From Iphione sp. A-MEVVRFRX5 (lineage: Eukaryota): a DNA stretch of 64,000 nt. The translations under genes were made by a program, and so were the position numbers. Positions 1 to 13,769 of this stretch are shown here, one piece after another (positions within the stretch are counted from its first letter, which is position 1; each line of letters opens with the position of its first letter). Below the pieces are notes generated by a model. The model had not been told where the DNA came from and searched no databases. It saw only the letters and a program-made list of their open reading frames with translations. The stretch is from positions 61,380,001 to 61,444,000 of the forward strand of contig OZ320313.1 of assembly GCA_976226885.1 (NCBI GenBank), given 5' to 3'.

Positions 1-1283
1 AAAAAAACCTTCAGTCGAGTGATTCAGCACAAAGTGCAAACGCGTGTCGAGGTGTAACGTTTCACGGACATCAATGTGGATGGAAACACTGGCTGGGAAG
101 CCTGGCAAACGAGTCAGCTGTAACCCCACCATTCTACTCTTTCCCCCTAGCAATTTCAGATTTAGATCGATCGCGTTTCATTTTACATCCCGCAACGAAC
201 ACAGACCGCAACTCTTGTGAATGACGTGCAACTCGTTTGTCAGCACCTAAATTCATGACCGTGGTCAGAATCCGTCTGTCACAAAATCCACGGCCCTTGG
301 TTAAAATGCAGGTGCATATAGATACATGTACAAAATGCGTGTAATTTAAATATGAATTGGTATATTTGATTTATACAGACCTTCGAACCAAGCCAGCATT
401 GCCATATAAGCACGTTACGAGAAATAAATGGTATTACAATTACACTCTGGATACAAGGGTACTACTATCAGATGGCTGTTTACATAATGGCGAAAGGAAA
501 TATTGATGATTCAACAGATAAGAAAGAATAGATCTAAAAGAGAAAGAAAAGATCTAAAGGCAATTATTTTCCCTGTGTAAATGTACAGATTTTTTAAACC
601 GAGGGGCGTGTGCAAAGGCCCATAGTAAGGCGAAGTTTAATTTTTCCAGAAATACCAAACCGTTGGATTACATGTAGGCATAAGTGACGATATTCCCAGG
701 TGACAGTGGAAATCTTATCAGCCAAATGGTTTTAGAAAGGGGAACACCTACTAGTGCCTGGTTATGGTCGTGCACACGCATGTGCTGCAGGGCAGAGCCG
801 AAAAAAAAGTGTTGGAATTTGGATGTCATGCTATCAAACAGTAAGACATTGCATGATTCGTCCATATCGGCTCATGGTATTCATTATCAAAGTCACATTA
901 TTCATTGATTTTGCGAGCGTGAGAGATTTACAGGTCCAACCTTACTAAATAACCGCACTTACAACCACCCATGCAACACTTGCCTATTTGTGCAAAGTCG
1001 TTTCCCATTTTAGTCCAAGTAACAACAATAACAAGTCCGCCTCCGAGTGGATACATGCACATATTTATGAGTACAGAAACTGTTCGTCAGTTATTTGTCC
1101 CCAAAACCGACGCCCCTTACATGCATGCATGAATATGTACATCAATAAATGTCGAGGCATCCAAAAATGTACGATGTACATGTACTTTCTAATGATTAAA
1201 ATTCGTACCAATTCCAAATCCATAACTTGAGGAAATGAATAAAATTTTGGCTTTGTTGCTAAATGCTTTCACTGACCCTGTAG

Positions 1284-1849
1284 AACGTTCCTCTACATGC
1301 GTCACAGTCAGGTATATTTTTCTATACACACAGACCAGAAGAAACACCACGAAAGGATATTTCAACGTTTATCGTCCAGCTGTTCGTATATTTTCCCTTT
1401 ACAACGGTAGAATATCGAATGACTACATCCGGCGTATCTGTGTTACTTTCAGCTCCCATGGCGAGAATATGAGATCGATTTTATTGAAACATTGCATGTC
1501 GGCTGCCATGGTGTAATTATGAGCTGTATCTTTCTAGATCATTTGAAACATGATATTTAAGTTAGCTATTTCATGCAGTATTATTGTTTTTGGCCCTGTA
1601 CAAAATATGCAACTATTACAAAACAAAGCAAGATATAGGAGAGGTACTTGCATGGCCTTCATTTATTCATTTATTCATTTACAACAAGACGTCATTTGTA
1701 CAGAAGCCCCGGTGGAGCCTGCAGAAGCTGTCCGTGTGTGCGTCCAGTCGGGGAATTTGCGTTTTTGTTTTCCCATAACCTCATTACAGTGGTGTCCCTT
1801 GAGGGACAGTGCAGAGAAGTGAAGAGAAGTGTGTACCATAAAGGGACAG
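1284..1849 (+). CDS. Three putative in-phase coding exons (1284-1311, 1453-1510, 1790-1849) of an unidentified plus-strand gene
   Basis: Acceptors ccctgtag, tactttcag and cattacag; donors gtatat, gtgtaa (weak) and gtatga. Phases chain 2>0>1>1 and give ...TFLYMRHSQ-LPWREYEIDFIETLHVGCH-VVSLEGQCREVKRSVYHKGT... No family recognised. Confidence 0.45.
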
Positions 1850-2179
1850 GTATGAACAGTGGTAAAAAAAATGCCAAAATAAAGCTTATTTCATGGAAAG
1901 TCAGCTGAAATCTTTTTAATGGAACTTTGCTCACAAAATGGTAAAGGAAAAGATGGATTTGTGTGTAAATCATGCTGAAAACTGAAGAGATATGAAGAAA
2001 TGTAAGGAAATATGAAGCAGTAGCAGAGAATTACTGTGCAGCTGACCAGGTGTCTGGAAAAGTATTGAGCATGCACCGAAAATGGACAACACAAGGCAAT
2101 GCACAGGGACACCTCCCGCAATCAGAGGACACCCTTCATTGAACTGAGTATGGCGGTAAAAACCACATGAAAATACAGC

Positions 2180-5100
2180 CTAATGAACCTGGATACCAGT
2201 GCAGGTATGGAAATTAGGTCTAAGTCATCATTGTTCACTATATATTTTGTGAACTGGAATTTGCTTCTGCGTCTGCCCTAAATTTCTTTCGCACTGATCC
2301 TCACCGCCGAACTGGTTTTATCGTCCCCGTCCTTTGGACTAGTTGTCTCTCTGCAAATACGATACGGGGACAAACAGGTTCGAATGCTAGCTAAATATCA
2401 GAATGTGTCTGAACCTACTTTTTCTTCATCGTATAATGTACGTAACAGTCGGTCAAGTATTTGCTTCCTCTACCAAAGCTTTCAATCGCATCAGCCCGCA
2501 ATTCCTCAAAGAGCGCTGATGGGAAGAAAGATGTGAAAGAAAGAATAGGAAAAAACCCACTGTTCTCGTGTGCTTAGCGTCAGCTATATATAGTGGTTGG
2601 AGATCACACATGTTGACGTATTGATGTCTGACTAAAAGAAACCATTGATTATTCAGACGTTGCAACGGAAGAAGGAGAGGAAGGAAAATAAAACGCGCAG
2701 CAGGCTGACAGCTTAATGCAAGTCTGGCGGAGGGAAGATAAAACAAGAAAGCCGCCTAGAACAATTGCATCATGTATCTAATATGAAGGCGGTAGTGTAG
2801 CGGACACGGGCGCAAGGAAAATTGGGCAGTAAAAATAAGAGATCAAAGAGGTCTCTGGAGAATGCTGGAGAATGCTTTGGCTCCTCCAGGGCTTAAAACA
2901 TGGCTGATCTGATTCAGCTGGTCACGTGCTTCAGTCCTTGAGGCGTCTGGTAGTGCACTGAAGGGATGGGGTTGTAGTTGGGTAGGGGTGGCGTGGGGTG
3001 GAGGGTGAGAGACAGTGGTCATGGGGCCGAGACATGGAAGACAGGGGGGATCTTCCTACAAATAACACACCTCTAGAACACCCGGCAGGGATTGTGGAAA
3101 AGCCTCATCCCTCTAGAGTGCTGACTGCTATTATATAAACTGACGAAAGAGAAACTATCAGAGAAAATGTCCATTTTCCAACAGTAACAGTAATTATTAA
3201 TATACCGAGAAATACTGGGCAATTGTGGTACTTATATACACATTCTTGTACGTGTAATACGATCTACGTTTATGTCCAGTATCCTTCAATTTCCTGGCAT
3301 AGCCACACAGGACAGCTCCACTGCCATAAAAGGTTTTGGGAGGGAAACAAAATGATATCTCCTATATAAGGAATATTTAATCATCTACACTCTCTAAGTA
3401 ATCAGCTTTCGGGATGACTCTACACGAAAGTGTTTTTTTCCCAGGAGTATATTCCTTTAACACTGGAGCTGACTTGTCATCATATTCGGTATGAAGCCTA
3501 CGCATTCTTTCACCACGCATGAACATGCAATTGGATACTTCTTTGCTTGTTACAAAAAAACAACTTTTTCATAGTTTAGTGTCTGCATGATGTGCTGCAG
3601 ATTAAAAAACGTCGTTCCGAATTTAGAGTTCTTTGCAACTCAAGTTGTCAGGATCTGAATTTAACAGCCCTAAAAATAAAAGGATGTGACGTTAGAGGCT
3701 TGTTTTCCTTTTATGAACTGTGCGAAGAGTAAGTTGATAGCTACATTCTAGGTTCTATCGAAATCAGTGTACTGTGAATTAATGCCATTTTCATACACAC
3801 CAAATCTATATGTATAGCTATGCATATGTATATATAATATTCAGAAATAACACCATTTTGTGACGTTGATATTTGAAGGGATACGTGAAGCCTGATAATC
3901 ACTTGATAGTTGTTGCAGGCAAACAGGTAATATATACATATAGTATTACGTATTTCTCACACTTTGATTGGGAAAAGATGTAATCTAACATTATCAAACC
4001 TCTTCACCGTCATGCTTACCTCGGAAGCAGGTGTAGTATGAGATAGGGCAGTCTGACAACGTGTGTCTCCGCGCAGCTAAATCTCGGCAGGCAAGTAACA
4101 GTGCAATATGCTTCTTTCAAACACAAAATATTACGTTGCAGACGAAAATCATTTTGAGATACATATTTTTGAGAAACCATATGATAATCCAACTGATCGC
4201 TGGGGAGCTCTGATTGGTAAATCAGGCGCCGTAGAAAAGAATAAGAACATGTCACTTTGTAAGAAATGAGGAACCAATGGTATTAGAATGGCGTGGAATG
4301 ACACCTGTATTACAATGACAGGAATAACAGTGAAAACTGTTTGGTTTGTTCTCAAATTAATTGATATATGGAACCATTCCCATTCGTTAGAAAACAAGAC
4401 CTCTCTTGCTAGTACACCAGCCCATGTTACCTCAACTGGTTCCACCAGAGTGCGTCAGCCGTGAGGAGATTAAAGCCGATTTAGACAGGCGACTAAAGGG
4501 ATGATGGCCTTAAAGCTAGTAGTAAAAGCCTCAGAATCTCGCAAAGAAGATGTATCTTGCGTGTCCACTCATCTGGCAGAAGTAATGTTCTTACTTTACT
4601 CCGTGATTTAAAATTTTAAAATTAAAGTAACCTATTTTCAAATTCACATTCAAATGTTTATACAAACCATCTCGTGTGCAAGTAGAGTTTTTCATGGTTA
4701 ACAATGTAGTGCATTTTAAAAAGAACATTGTGATTAGGGATTGAGAAGCAGAGTAATGTAATCAATCAACACAGACAGTACAGTTAGTTAATACAGTTAG
4801 CATTACCAAAGATAGATAGGAATTTACATGCAAACAAGTTGGAAATCTCAGTTATCAATATACATGCCAATACATGAGATCTACTGAAAATGCAACAAAT
4901 GTATTTGACACTATGAGCAATGATTTGATACTAAGAGTGGAGTCTGGTTAGCACTGCTAATGGATCCGTCCTTTAAAGCCAACTCATACACAAGTAGTCA
5001 AGAGCTTAATTAGCACCAGGCATCAAAGCACCTCCCACCTCATACACATGTACATATATTAGTGAGTTATAAACACATCACTAATCTATAGTAGGTAGAC

Positions 5101-6583
5101 ATAAGTGCCGAGTCAATATAAATGCTGTGTCAGACACAGTGTTTGCTTAGCCCAACCATGATTCCTGCTTTGGTCACAGTTTGAATGAGTTAACACAGTG
5201 CCATGAATATGGCATTTTACAGCTGTTCCTTTGCATCTGAAGGGTCAAAAAGTTCAGAATGGAATTATCACATCAGAAGTCACTTAACCAGCATAGAAGG
5301 CCTAAGTAGCTGGTTAAAAGATGAAAGGCGCAATATCCTTTGACTGCAAATGTGGAAGCTTTAGTTCTGAAGCCAAGGCGTCAAGACGGTAATGCTTGCA
5401 AGGCTTTTACCATGAAAGGTAATTTTAGCACCTAGGAGGAGTATAATAAAAAGGAAAACAACGCCAAACCTGACCTCCCCGTGTGTGGAATAAAATATGT
5501 AATAACATTTACAGCTATTCTGTTCAAGGTGTATTCTGCACTTCCTAAAGTATACCATTTCTGTTCAAGTGTAACCCTCTCAATGAAAGTGAACTAAATT
5601 CAGACCAGTTGCATTCTACTTTGTCATCTGGAGCAAATAATTATATGTACTAGCTTAAGCAGATCGTCTCCTGAGGGAGTAGCCCTTGTTTTTCTTTACC
5701 TGCAAAAATCTGCGGGAGTGTCTAGTGTAGTACTCATCTCGTGGGATGTGCGAGATTTTTCCCGCAGGTTCACATTTGGGGTTGTCTTCTGGGGGGCATT
5801 TTGGAGTAGTACGTGACAGTGGATGAACAAAAGAAAAGTAGTGAATTTGAAAAGTAACAAATTTGACAAGGAAAAGTAAAAAAATGGCACATTTGATGGG
5901 GACATGTGCAGAAATGTGCCAACATGTGCAGAATCATGTTATTTTACATGATCTTACTGATATTTTCATTTGATTGCTCTATCATGAGGCTGCATGAGGG
6001 TGCGTGACCCTGCAAGTGTGGAAAGTTACTGGGCAGTGCTCGAAAATGAACATACACATGGTCCCAGATGGTCCCAGACGGCCCCACATCCGCACTCAAT
6101 AGATACCCTCCAATGGATTCAACCTGTCAAATCAAAATACACTTCAATACACCCAAATGCACACACGCACAAATGCAGATAAGGAAACCGGGCCTTACGT
6201 ATTCTAGGACGCAGTCTCTGATCCGAAGTGTCTTGATCTGAATCATCACCGGATATGCTTCATTCACAACAAGTGATCTTTTATACGTGTGATGATAGGA
6301 TAACAGCAAAGTTGTAAATGTTACCTTTATTGTAAGAAAGAAATATTCAGCCGTTGCTCAGGATAACACCGATTCAAGTCATAATACAATGTCTGCATTG
6401 AACCGCTTAGTTCGATATTAGACGTTGACAAACCTACCGCTTTTATCTACCGTGCCTATGTCTCCATTATAAATGATCAGGATCCATTCAGAGTTAAAAT
6501 TTGCAAGACAAGGTAATCTCCTGCTAAGCTTCTTATTCTTCATCCGAGATAAGCTGATGAGCTGTCTCGCAGCTTTTTGAGAT
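2180..6583 (-). CDS. Multi-exon protein-coding gene (3' part), product unidentified
   Basis: Core exons 5700-5788, 4020-4113, 2419-2515 and 2305-2350 have AG/GT ends (donors gtaaag, gtaagc, gtaggt, gtgagg) and chain in phase: DNPKCEPAGKISHIPRDEYYTRHSRRFLQ-KHIALLLACRDLAARRHTLSDCPISYYTCFR-ALFEELRADAIESFGRGSKYLTDCYVHYTMKK-KETTSPKDGDDKTSSA. Weaker in-phase upstream exons: 6451-6583, 6199-6237, 6030-6123. Candidate terminal exon starts at 2188 (VH, stop at 2180-2182). Confidence 0.65.
2963..3005 (+). other. G-quadruplex-forming motif (six G3-4 runs) in an intron of the minus-strand gene
   Basis: gggatggggttgtagttgggtaggggtggcgtggggtggaggg. Confidence 0.6.
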
Positions 6584-7053
6584 ACTACAGAAAGAAGATT
6601 GTCGACATTAAACGCGTGAGAGAGGTACAGATAACACTGTCCAAGAAAGAGCTATTAAACGCGCTTATAGGGTACACACGCAATAGAAGGAGAGTGCTTA
6701 ATACACAAAACAGAGCGCACCGAATCCGAACGTGTAAATTTCATCCCAACTCTCTTCAGTAAGTCAATCCGCACCTTTCACTATTGGAATGCAGTCCTCT
6801 TTCTGTTAGATTCTCATAAAGTTACGTTCATAATCAGTTGGTGTTCACGATTCATTCTATTCTGTCGTGATTAACATCACTTGTTTTGGACATTTCTCTA
6901 CTATTAATGTAAGTTGTTAGAAAAGTGCAAAAAATGACTGAAAACTGTTATACCCAGTAGGAACGGGCAGAGAAGACTTTTCCTTTCCATCGACATTCGC
7001 CCGGATAGGGCTGCATGGAATCCGAGTTTCAACTACAAAGACATATATAATTA

Positions 7054-7130
7054 TGGTATTTGTCAGTCTTTCATGTGTGCATGTGTACATATTTTGTGCA
7101 CATGCACAGATGAAAGACTGACAAATACCA
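7054..7130. ncRNA. Near-perfect 77-nt hairpin (pre-miRNA-like or foldback relic)
   Basis: tggtatttgtcagtctttcatgtgtgcatgtgtaca-tattt-tgtgcacatgcacagatgaaagactgacaaatacca: 36-bp stem with one G-G mismatch and one G-U on the plus strand. The hairpin is seen directly; RNA function is inferred. Confidence 0.4.
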
Positions 7131-10100
7131 CGGATACAGTTTAGTTCAACACTTCAAAAAAGTTTTTTTTCCAGAAATATGAATATTGATTGGTCATGCA
7201 GAAGATCAATTATGACGGTATAATAATATATACATTTATCTGAGATTCGCGAAATATCTGAGATAATATACATAGAACGTACTGTAGATATGATGCATGC
7301 GTGGGCGCTTAGATAACTACGTCAGAATACATGTACTAGATATTAGATAGGCCTACTAGATGAACACTTTTTTATCATTCATCATTATCATACAGGACAA
7401 TGCACGCACAACGCTCCTATTGTCAGCGTCCGTCCATACTGCGGCAGTTGCGAGGTCTGTCAATCTTAGATGCCAGCGTCCTCTTCGGTATGCAACATGA
7501 CGGTGCTTGGGAGGGCGGACAAGTGTGCGCGACGGTGTGTGTGATGGACGCCTCCTACCGGGCAAAACAGTAATTAGGCGGCGCAGCTGTGAAGCTGCGT
7601 CACATCAGAAAGCGGATATATTTGTTTTGGCGCCTCTCGGGACACACATGAGATTTGGCGAGAGCAACGTTGTGAGTGTCCCTTCGACGGCGCAATTCGT
7701 GTGAACTATTTACTTCCGATGCGCGTGTTGCCTTTGTATCTGCATTGCTCCCTGCATTCCTGTTCCTCCTAATTGATTTTTGGGGCGCCACCAAGCATGA
7801 TGCGAATTGCAAATATGATGGAGACGTTCGCATTTAATATTGCCTACCCAGTATCGTATCTTCAATAGCTGTCATTTAGGTGCACAAGTTTGCATATAAA
7901 ATGCTAGATGCAAGTAATCAAGGAGAAACTATAAAGACTCCGCCCCGGCGTTTGTCAATATGGCATGCTCTTTGCCTTTTTCACGTAAATGTCTATGGTG
8001 TATAGGTACGTGACATCGTTAGTTTTGCATGTCATCATCTCCTAAGTAACTGTTCTGCCGGCGGCAGTCCATTGAGTCTTCTCCCAGTTGATTATGATCA
8101 AACGTTCTTAGAACGACACACACATACTCCTCATGCACACACGCGCCCGCATACGCACAAGTGCTCATCCTGAACCATCCCTTTCGAGGTGACTAAAGCG
8201 CTTCCAATACCGAAGTCCCTGATTTAAAGCCGGAGCCTACAGAACCTCTCGCCTCTCCGACCTGTGTCGACGTGAGAGGCCATAAAAGCCATTCGCCTTC
8301 TCATACCGCGTACTTCTCCCATTCATTGCTGCTCTTATATCATATTAAAACGGCACCACCTTTCTCACAGTACCCTCCGCCTTTCGTAGTTAGATCATGT
8401 GGCACATGGTCCATAACTCTTTTGCTGATCCAACGAATGCTGAATTAGACTGATGGATTGTAGGTCGACCAACTCAGGGATTTCTTATGTTAATGTCTTT
8501 CCGTATTAATCCATCTGTGAAGCTTTCTGTTTCTAAGGCAGTAAATTCCCCATACTGTTCCTCTTGCTTCCCAATACCACCGATTATTCACCGTAGCAAA
8601 CATTAGATATAGATCACAAGCAAATGATGCATAGATACAGGGGCTGATATCTTTAATTGGAAACTGTGGGGAAATATGTTGCAACTACTGGGTTGCTGAC
8701 GTGTGATGATGGCCTGCCATTCTCCTGATAAACTTGCTAAATGGCAAGGCTTTTTCAATTGAGTTTCACTTGAATGAGCTAATTGAATTGTGGTTGCCTA
8801 GAGCTGATGCTCGTGAAGAGCCTACGAAGAATGCATCGACAGCAGATAAGTGAACAGAATGCAATATGGGGTTTTACTATCAACATTCTACTGTCCCCAC
8901 CGATGTAAGATAAAAGTGTGAACAGTATACGTAGCTGCATGTTTGGCATACCACAGTATAGGCCGTGTATTTTCAGACGCGACTAGGACACATGTAGTAT
9001 CCACTGAAGCCCTTTTTAAGAATCAAGAAAACCTGATTTCTAGGGTCACTTTTCATACTTTTGTTAACTAAAGCATTTGTCTGTATTTATGTTGTGTCTT
9101 CATCAACCATAACAGTACATGTTACATGTTATTGCTGGCGTTTGCACTGCGTTGCAGTGCATCATTTCTACTCTTCTCATGCAGATGTCCAATTCTTCTG
9201 CAGATCTCATGTATCCGTTCCAAATTTGCATTTTTTTCTGTAAATGTTCTTTATCTTTTAAACAAATTTTAATTTGAGCATTGTTCCCCAAATTTCTTGA
9301 ATTTAGGCAACTGTTAGGTATTTCTCATGCTTCTTCATGAAAAAGACAATGAAATAAAACACGAATGGGACACCGACGCAAGGCAAGTGCAATGTAAGCA
9401 CAATGCAAATGTAACACATAAATGCAAGAATGGAAACCAACCCATAGTGTATAAACTGTACATGATTATCATATGTACATTTTTAAATGAGTTCAGCGCC
9501 GGCTCTTGATATCCTTTTAGACAATTTGATTTTTTATGTCTCTTTGTGAATAGAATATATAATGTAATACTCGTATATTTTCTGCTGTCATGCAACATGG
9601 TTTGTCCTCAGTGACAATGATACTCTCACACCGGACTGTGTGACTTTCTGGCACAAAGCAGACAATTTCTCCGATGGAGGGTAAACTACTGGAGGTTTAT
9701 CAAACCATCACCGAGTTTTGATGAGGCCATTAGTCTGGATGAGGCCTCACATGATGTGCTAGCAAATGCGATCCGGTCTCCATTCATGCCAAGCTCGCAC
9801 AGCGCACGGAAGTGGAAAAATGCAGGGTTAAATAAGCAGGGCCGCATATCCCGCCCATTGTCCGGATGCAGAATAATTCAGGCATACATGTATAGCACAA
9901 TGGGAAAGGCAGTTTGGTGCAGATGGCGAGATAAGTGTTGCATACATGTACGTTCGAACAGGCTCTGCGAAGGATGGTGGGTAATTTACTATTCAGGACA
10001 TAGCCTCACATAACTTTTATGTGGCACCCCACTGCCGTCTCTTACTTAGTTAAAAAACCAAACGACGAGTAATATCATTCACATGCGGTAATTAGGATTT

Positions 10101-10417
10101 CGCTATAAGGAACATTACGAGGCTAGAAAATGGCACATCCAAAAATAAAATACTAATGTGTGATTTCTTTTTCCGAAGCGAATCATGCATGGTTCACCGC
10201 CAACAGACCTTCCGTCGCCTCGTCCTTTTGTTCGTTCTTTCTGCCGCCTCCCTATCTGCCCCTTCTTGTTTCTCTCACGCTCCGCCTGCGTCCGTGAAAC
10301 GCCCACGCTTGAGCAGTTCCGAGCAGCTCTCTAATTGATTCTCGCCCCTGTGAGGTTCTCATAGTCTGTAATAAAAGAGAAAGTCAGGGGCTACGAAAGA
10401 GACTGGGCTTCCCTAGC

Positions 10418-10450
10418 ATGGCTCGTACGCCTGTGGCTGGTTCGCTGAGG
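10418..10450 (+). CDS. Candidate first coding exon (MARTPVAGSLR)
   Basis: ATG in gcATGg context after a CpG- and pyrimidine-rich promoter-like tract (10200-10410); ends at the strong donor AGG|gtaagc. Confidence 0.35.
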
Positions 10451-13400
10451 GTAAGCATGTCAGGATCAGCCTCCCGACCTCCGACCCCCGTCCCTGTCAG
10501 ACGCAAATTTATAACTCTGGTCGTCTTTGACCGACAAATTAGGATCGGTACTGACGTGATCTGGCACGTCTGCGGCCGTTTACAGACCGGCGTTGACGAC
10601 AAGCGTAAACCACTTGATTATATCAGAGGCGCTCTCTTACTGTCAGTCGGCTGACAACCTGGCCAATGTCAGATCGACGTCTTGTCAATACGACTACAAG
10701 TGGGAGTCGGTTGCCTGTCCTACATCATCACTAACGATTTGTAGTGCCTTACAGGGAATCTGCATCCAAGTCAATGACTGCTTTGAGGTATTCAATGCAG
10801 CCATGTAAATACGTATAATCACATCATCGCACGTAGTATTCCAGTGTTAGAGACATGCAAAGCAAGGATGGTGATTGGTAGAGCGCAGAAATGTTAAAAA
10901 AAATGTTAAGAAATGTTTTTTCTATCATCAGTCTGTGGGAGATTCAGTTGACGTGTTGACTCTATCCCTAATGCACTTTTACAATGGGTTAAATTGCATC
11001 ATCACAACACTGAATCGTCGAGTGAACCTGTGAATATAAATGTTTTTGACAGACACCATTCGTTGAAAAGTCAGCAGAAATACCACACGGAATTCCAATA
11101 AATCATGGAAGTTCTATGAGGTCTAAAGGGTTTGTTCTAATTTTGCAAGGCTAGAACCCGACGGAAGCAATACTCCGTTTAAACAAATTACGCGCGTAAT
11201 TTGTACGACTTTCGGTAGAACAAAGGTAGGTTAGTGGCTAACTTTAATGAGTATAATAGTGTTTATGGGTATTAAATAAAACATGTCCGTCTTTTTATCA
11301 AAGTTGTCTGCCGGTCTGAACTCCAAAAGCATATATACGTAATGGCGAAATCCAGCCGATATTGCTTCGTTGTAACATTTTATATACCAAGAAGTTCCCC
11401 CTAATGCTTTCAATCTTTTGGTAAACATCGTACAACTCAGGTGATTTCTTAATAGTAACTTCTTTCATTAATCTTTCAGTGCAAATCACTCTGTGAACTT
11501 CCAAAGGTCCTAACATTTTATAAAGGAGAAATGTTGTTCGAAAGGTCGTTCACATAAAAATCCCCGACACAAGAATAAGGGAGACCTTCATTGCCTATGT
11601 GTGGAGGTAGGGCTTTGCTCTCACGATCAGACTCGTGATCAGTTGAAATCTTCCCATGTTATAACTACAAGTTCTCTGCTGTAAATGAACAAAGTAACTG
11701 CGGCGAATGAATTTTCGGGAAGAGAGTGTTATTCTTGTTAAGGCTACTTGACACCTATACATGTACATGTATACTCTTCCGATTAATTTTTATGGCAAGC
11801 CTACATGTTATAAATTCTCACGTTTCCAATGCGGCTCTCGTTCACATAGAAGTAACATTTTTATATGGATATCTGTATAAAAGTTACAAAGAAGATCTGC
11901 GTATGACTGAAATCAACTTGGAGGAGCATTGTTTATCTCTAAGTCCAAAAGAGTTTCGTGTGCACCCCTTCCGTTTCAGAATCAGTATACATATTCGCAA
12001 GTTCAGAGGATGTTCTCTATAATACTCTCCTTATTGTTGGCGGAGTAGACATGTGGTATTCCTTTCATGAAAGGAGTAAAGATTCTTTGCCATCCGCTAC
12101 TTTTATCATTGGAGGCATGAAGCTGTAGAGTAATCCCAAAGAAGATTTCCCAAAGTCACGACAATGAGATATAGCAAGCCTTATGATCCAGACTGAACAC
12201 TACACCGCACGCCTCGAACCAATACACAATAGGCGACACCTCCTGTCTATGTATCATTCCCCGCCCAGGGCGAGAATCTTCTGCATTCCTTCATCTTACA
12301 CCGATATGAAACTGGTGAGACTGATCTTGTTTTTTAGATCTTGTTTTCTGGTTTTAAAGCTGATTTTTTTTCTTTTATGTTTACAAAGAAGAGTATGCGA
12401 AAGTCAATATCTGACTACATAATACGTCTGCTCTACTGTTAAGTTATATTTTGCAGTAGGATGTCAGGGGAATAAATGGAAGTAATTAATGCCGAATGTG
12501 TACTGCAGTTGTATACGTATCATCGGCATGCCGTTTTTAATGAATCCTTCAATCCAAGAAATCTTTAAAGCTTTACTGTTTGGCATGCTATCATTAGCTT
12601 TGAAAAGTCTTTGGGACCTGGCGCAAGTCGTCAACCCTCAAGGGCTACATTACTATCTTGCACACGACACCTGTAACATTGCCAGCAGGCAGTAAATGAT
12701 GAGAGCCACAGCAGAGCGGCGCGAGCAACTCGCCTGAGGGTCTGGAGGAGCTCCGCCCAAGGTTAGTGGGAAGGAAGGCAGCTACCTTGTTCTCTCACAG
12801 CCAGATAACCTTCGTTCCGCGTTTCTGCCTGGGCCTATCATCAGGTCCCTCGATGCTTCGCTGTAACGGAGAACCTTGAGTCCTTCAGTGAGTTGCTTCT
12901 CCTGGAGCCAGGCATTCCATAAACTATGAGGTGCTCATACTCTTTAACAACCTTTGACACCAATAGCAACCAAATGAATCAGTGACTCCCATAAGGGCGG
13001 GTGTGATACGTGATATGTGGAGATACACAGATACATGTGTGGCTATGCATCCAACTAATGCATTGGTGTCTATTGACCTAAGTTATCAAATATCCTTTAG
13101 CAGACTCCTTCAGATTCAGTGAGGTGTCCCATAAATTAAGTTCATGGTAATCATTTTATCCATAAACATTTCTCAAGAAACCATGCAATCGAATGACATC
13201 AGCAGTTTATCGCTGGCGCAAAGTGAAAAATATAAAAGCTTTTCAAAGTGAGTAGACGCGATGTATGTTCCTGAATGGATTACCACAACAATGGCGTGGA
13301 CCGGAAAGAATATACATGTATTACTGCGTTACACTGCGGGAAACCGCTCTGAGTATTTATGGCTCTGCATTTTTTACGAGATTTTCAGAGATCTAAAATC

Positions 13401-13769
13401 CCGGTAGGAAGGGTTATACAAGGGGTATATGTAATGATTCAATGCTGCAATATCCATTAAGATATTCCTTCTTTCGATATTCTACTAAGATATGCTTACA
13501 CAAAATTTTTTATAGTCTATTGTGAAAGCATTAAATACAAAGTAATGTAGCCATGGGAGGCATCATTTTGACATGGAGAAGAACTGTTTACAAACTGCAG
13601 TTGATATTTCTGCTTCGAGGTGAGACCCTGCTGTGGTTCTAACTTTTTCTCTCTTTGCTTACTGTGCGCGAAATCTATGAGTATCTCAGCCGAAGACTGA
13701 ACCACTCGGGAGCCTGTGCAGAAGGAACGGCAGTCCAGAATAGAAACACAATCAACTGATGCCGGCGAT

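Noticed and set aside
11298-11516. Minus ORF with EVTIKKSPELYDV...IRGNF...LQ, loosely like a Polinton/Gypsy integrase C-terminus
   Set aside because: Only scattered residues match and there is no flanking integrase core.
12816-12850. Minus-strand CTGATGA...GAAACGCG hammerhead-like core
   Set aside because: Stem II is irregular, the GUH cleavage triplet is absent and no stem I partner exists.
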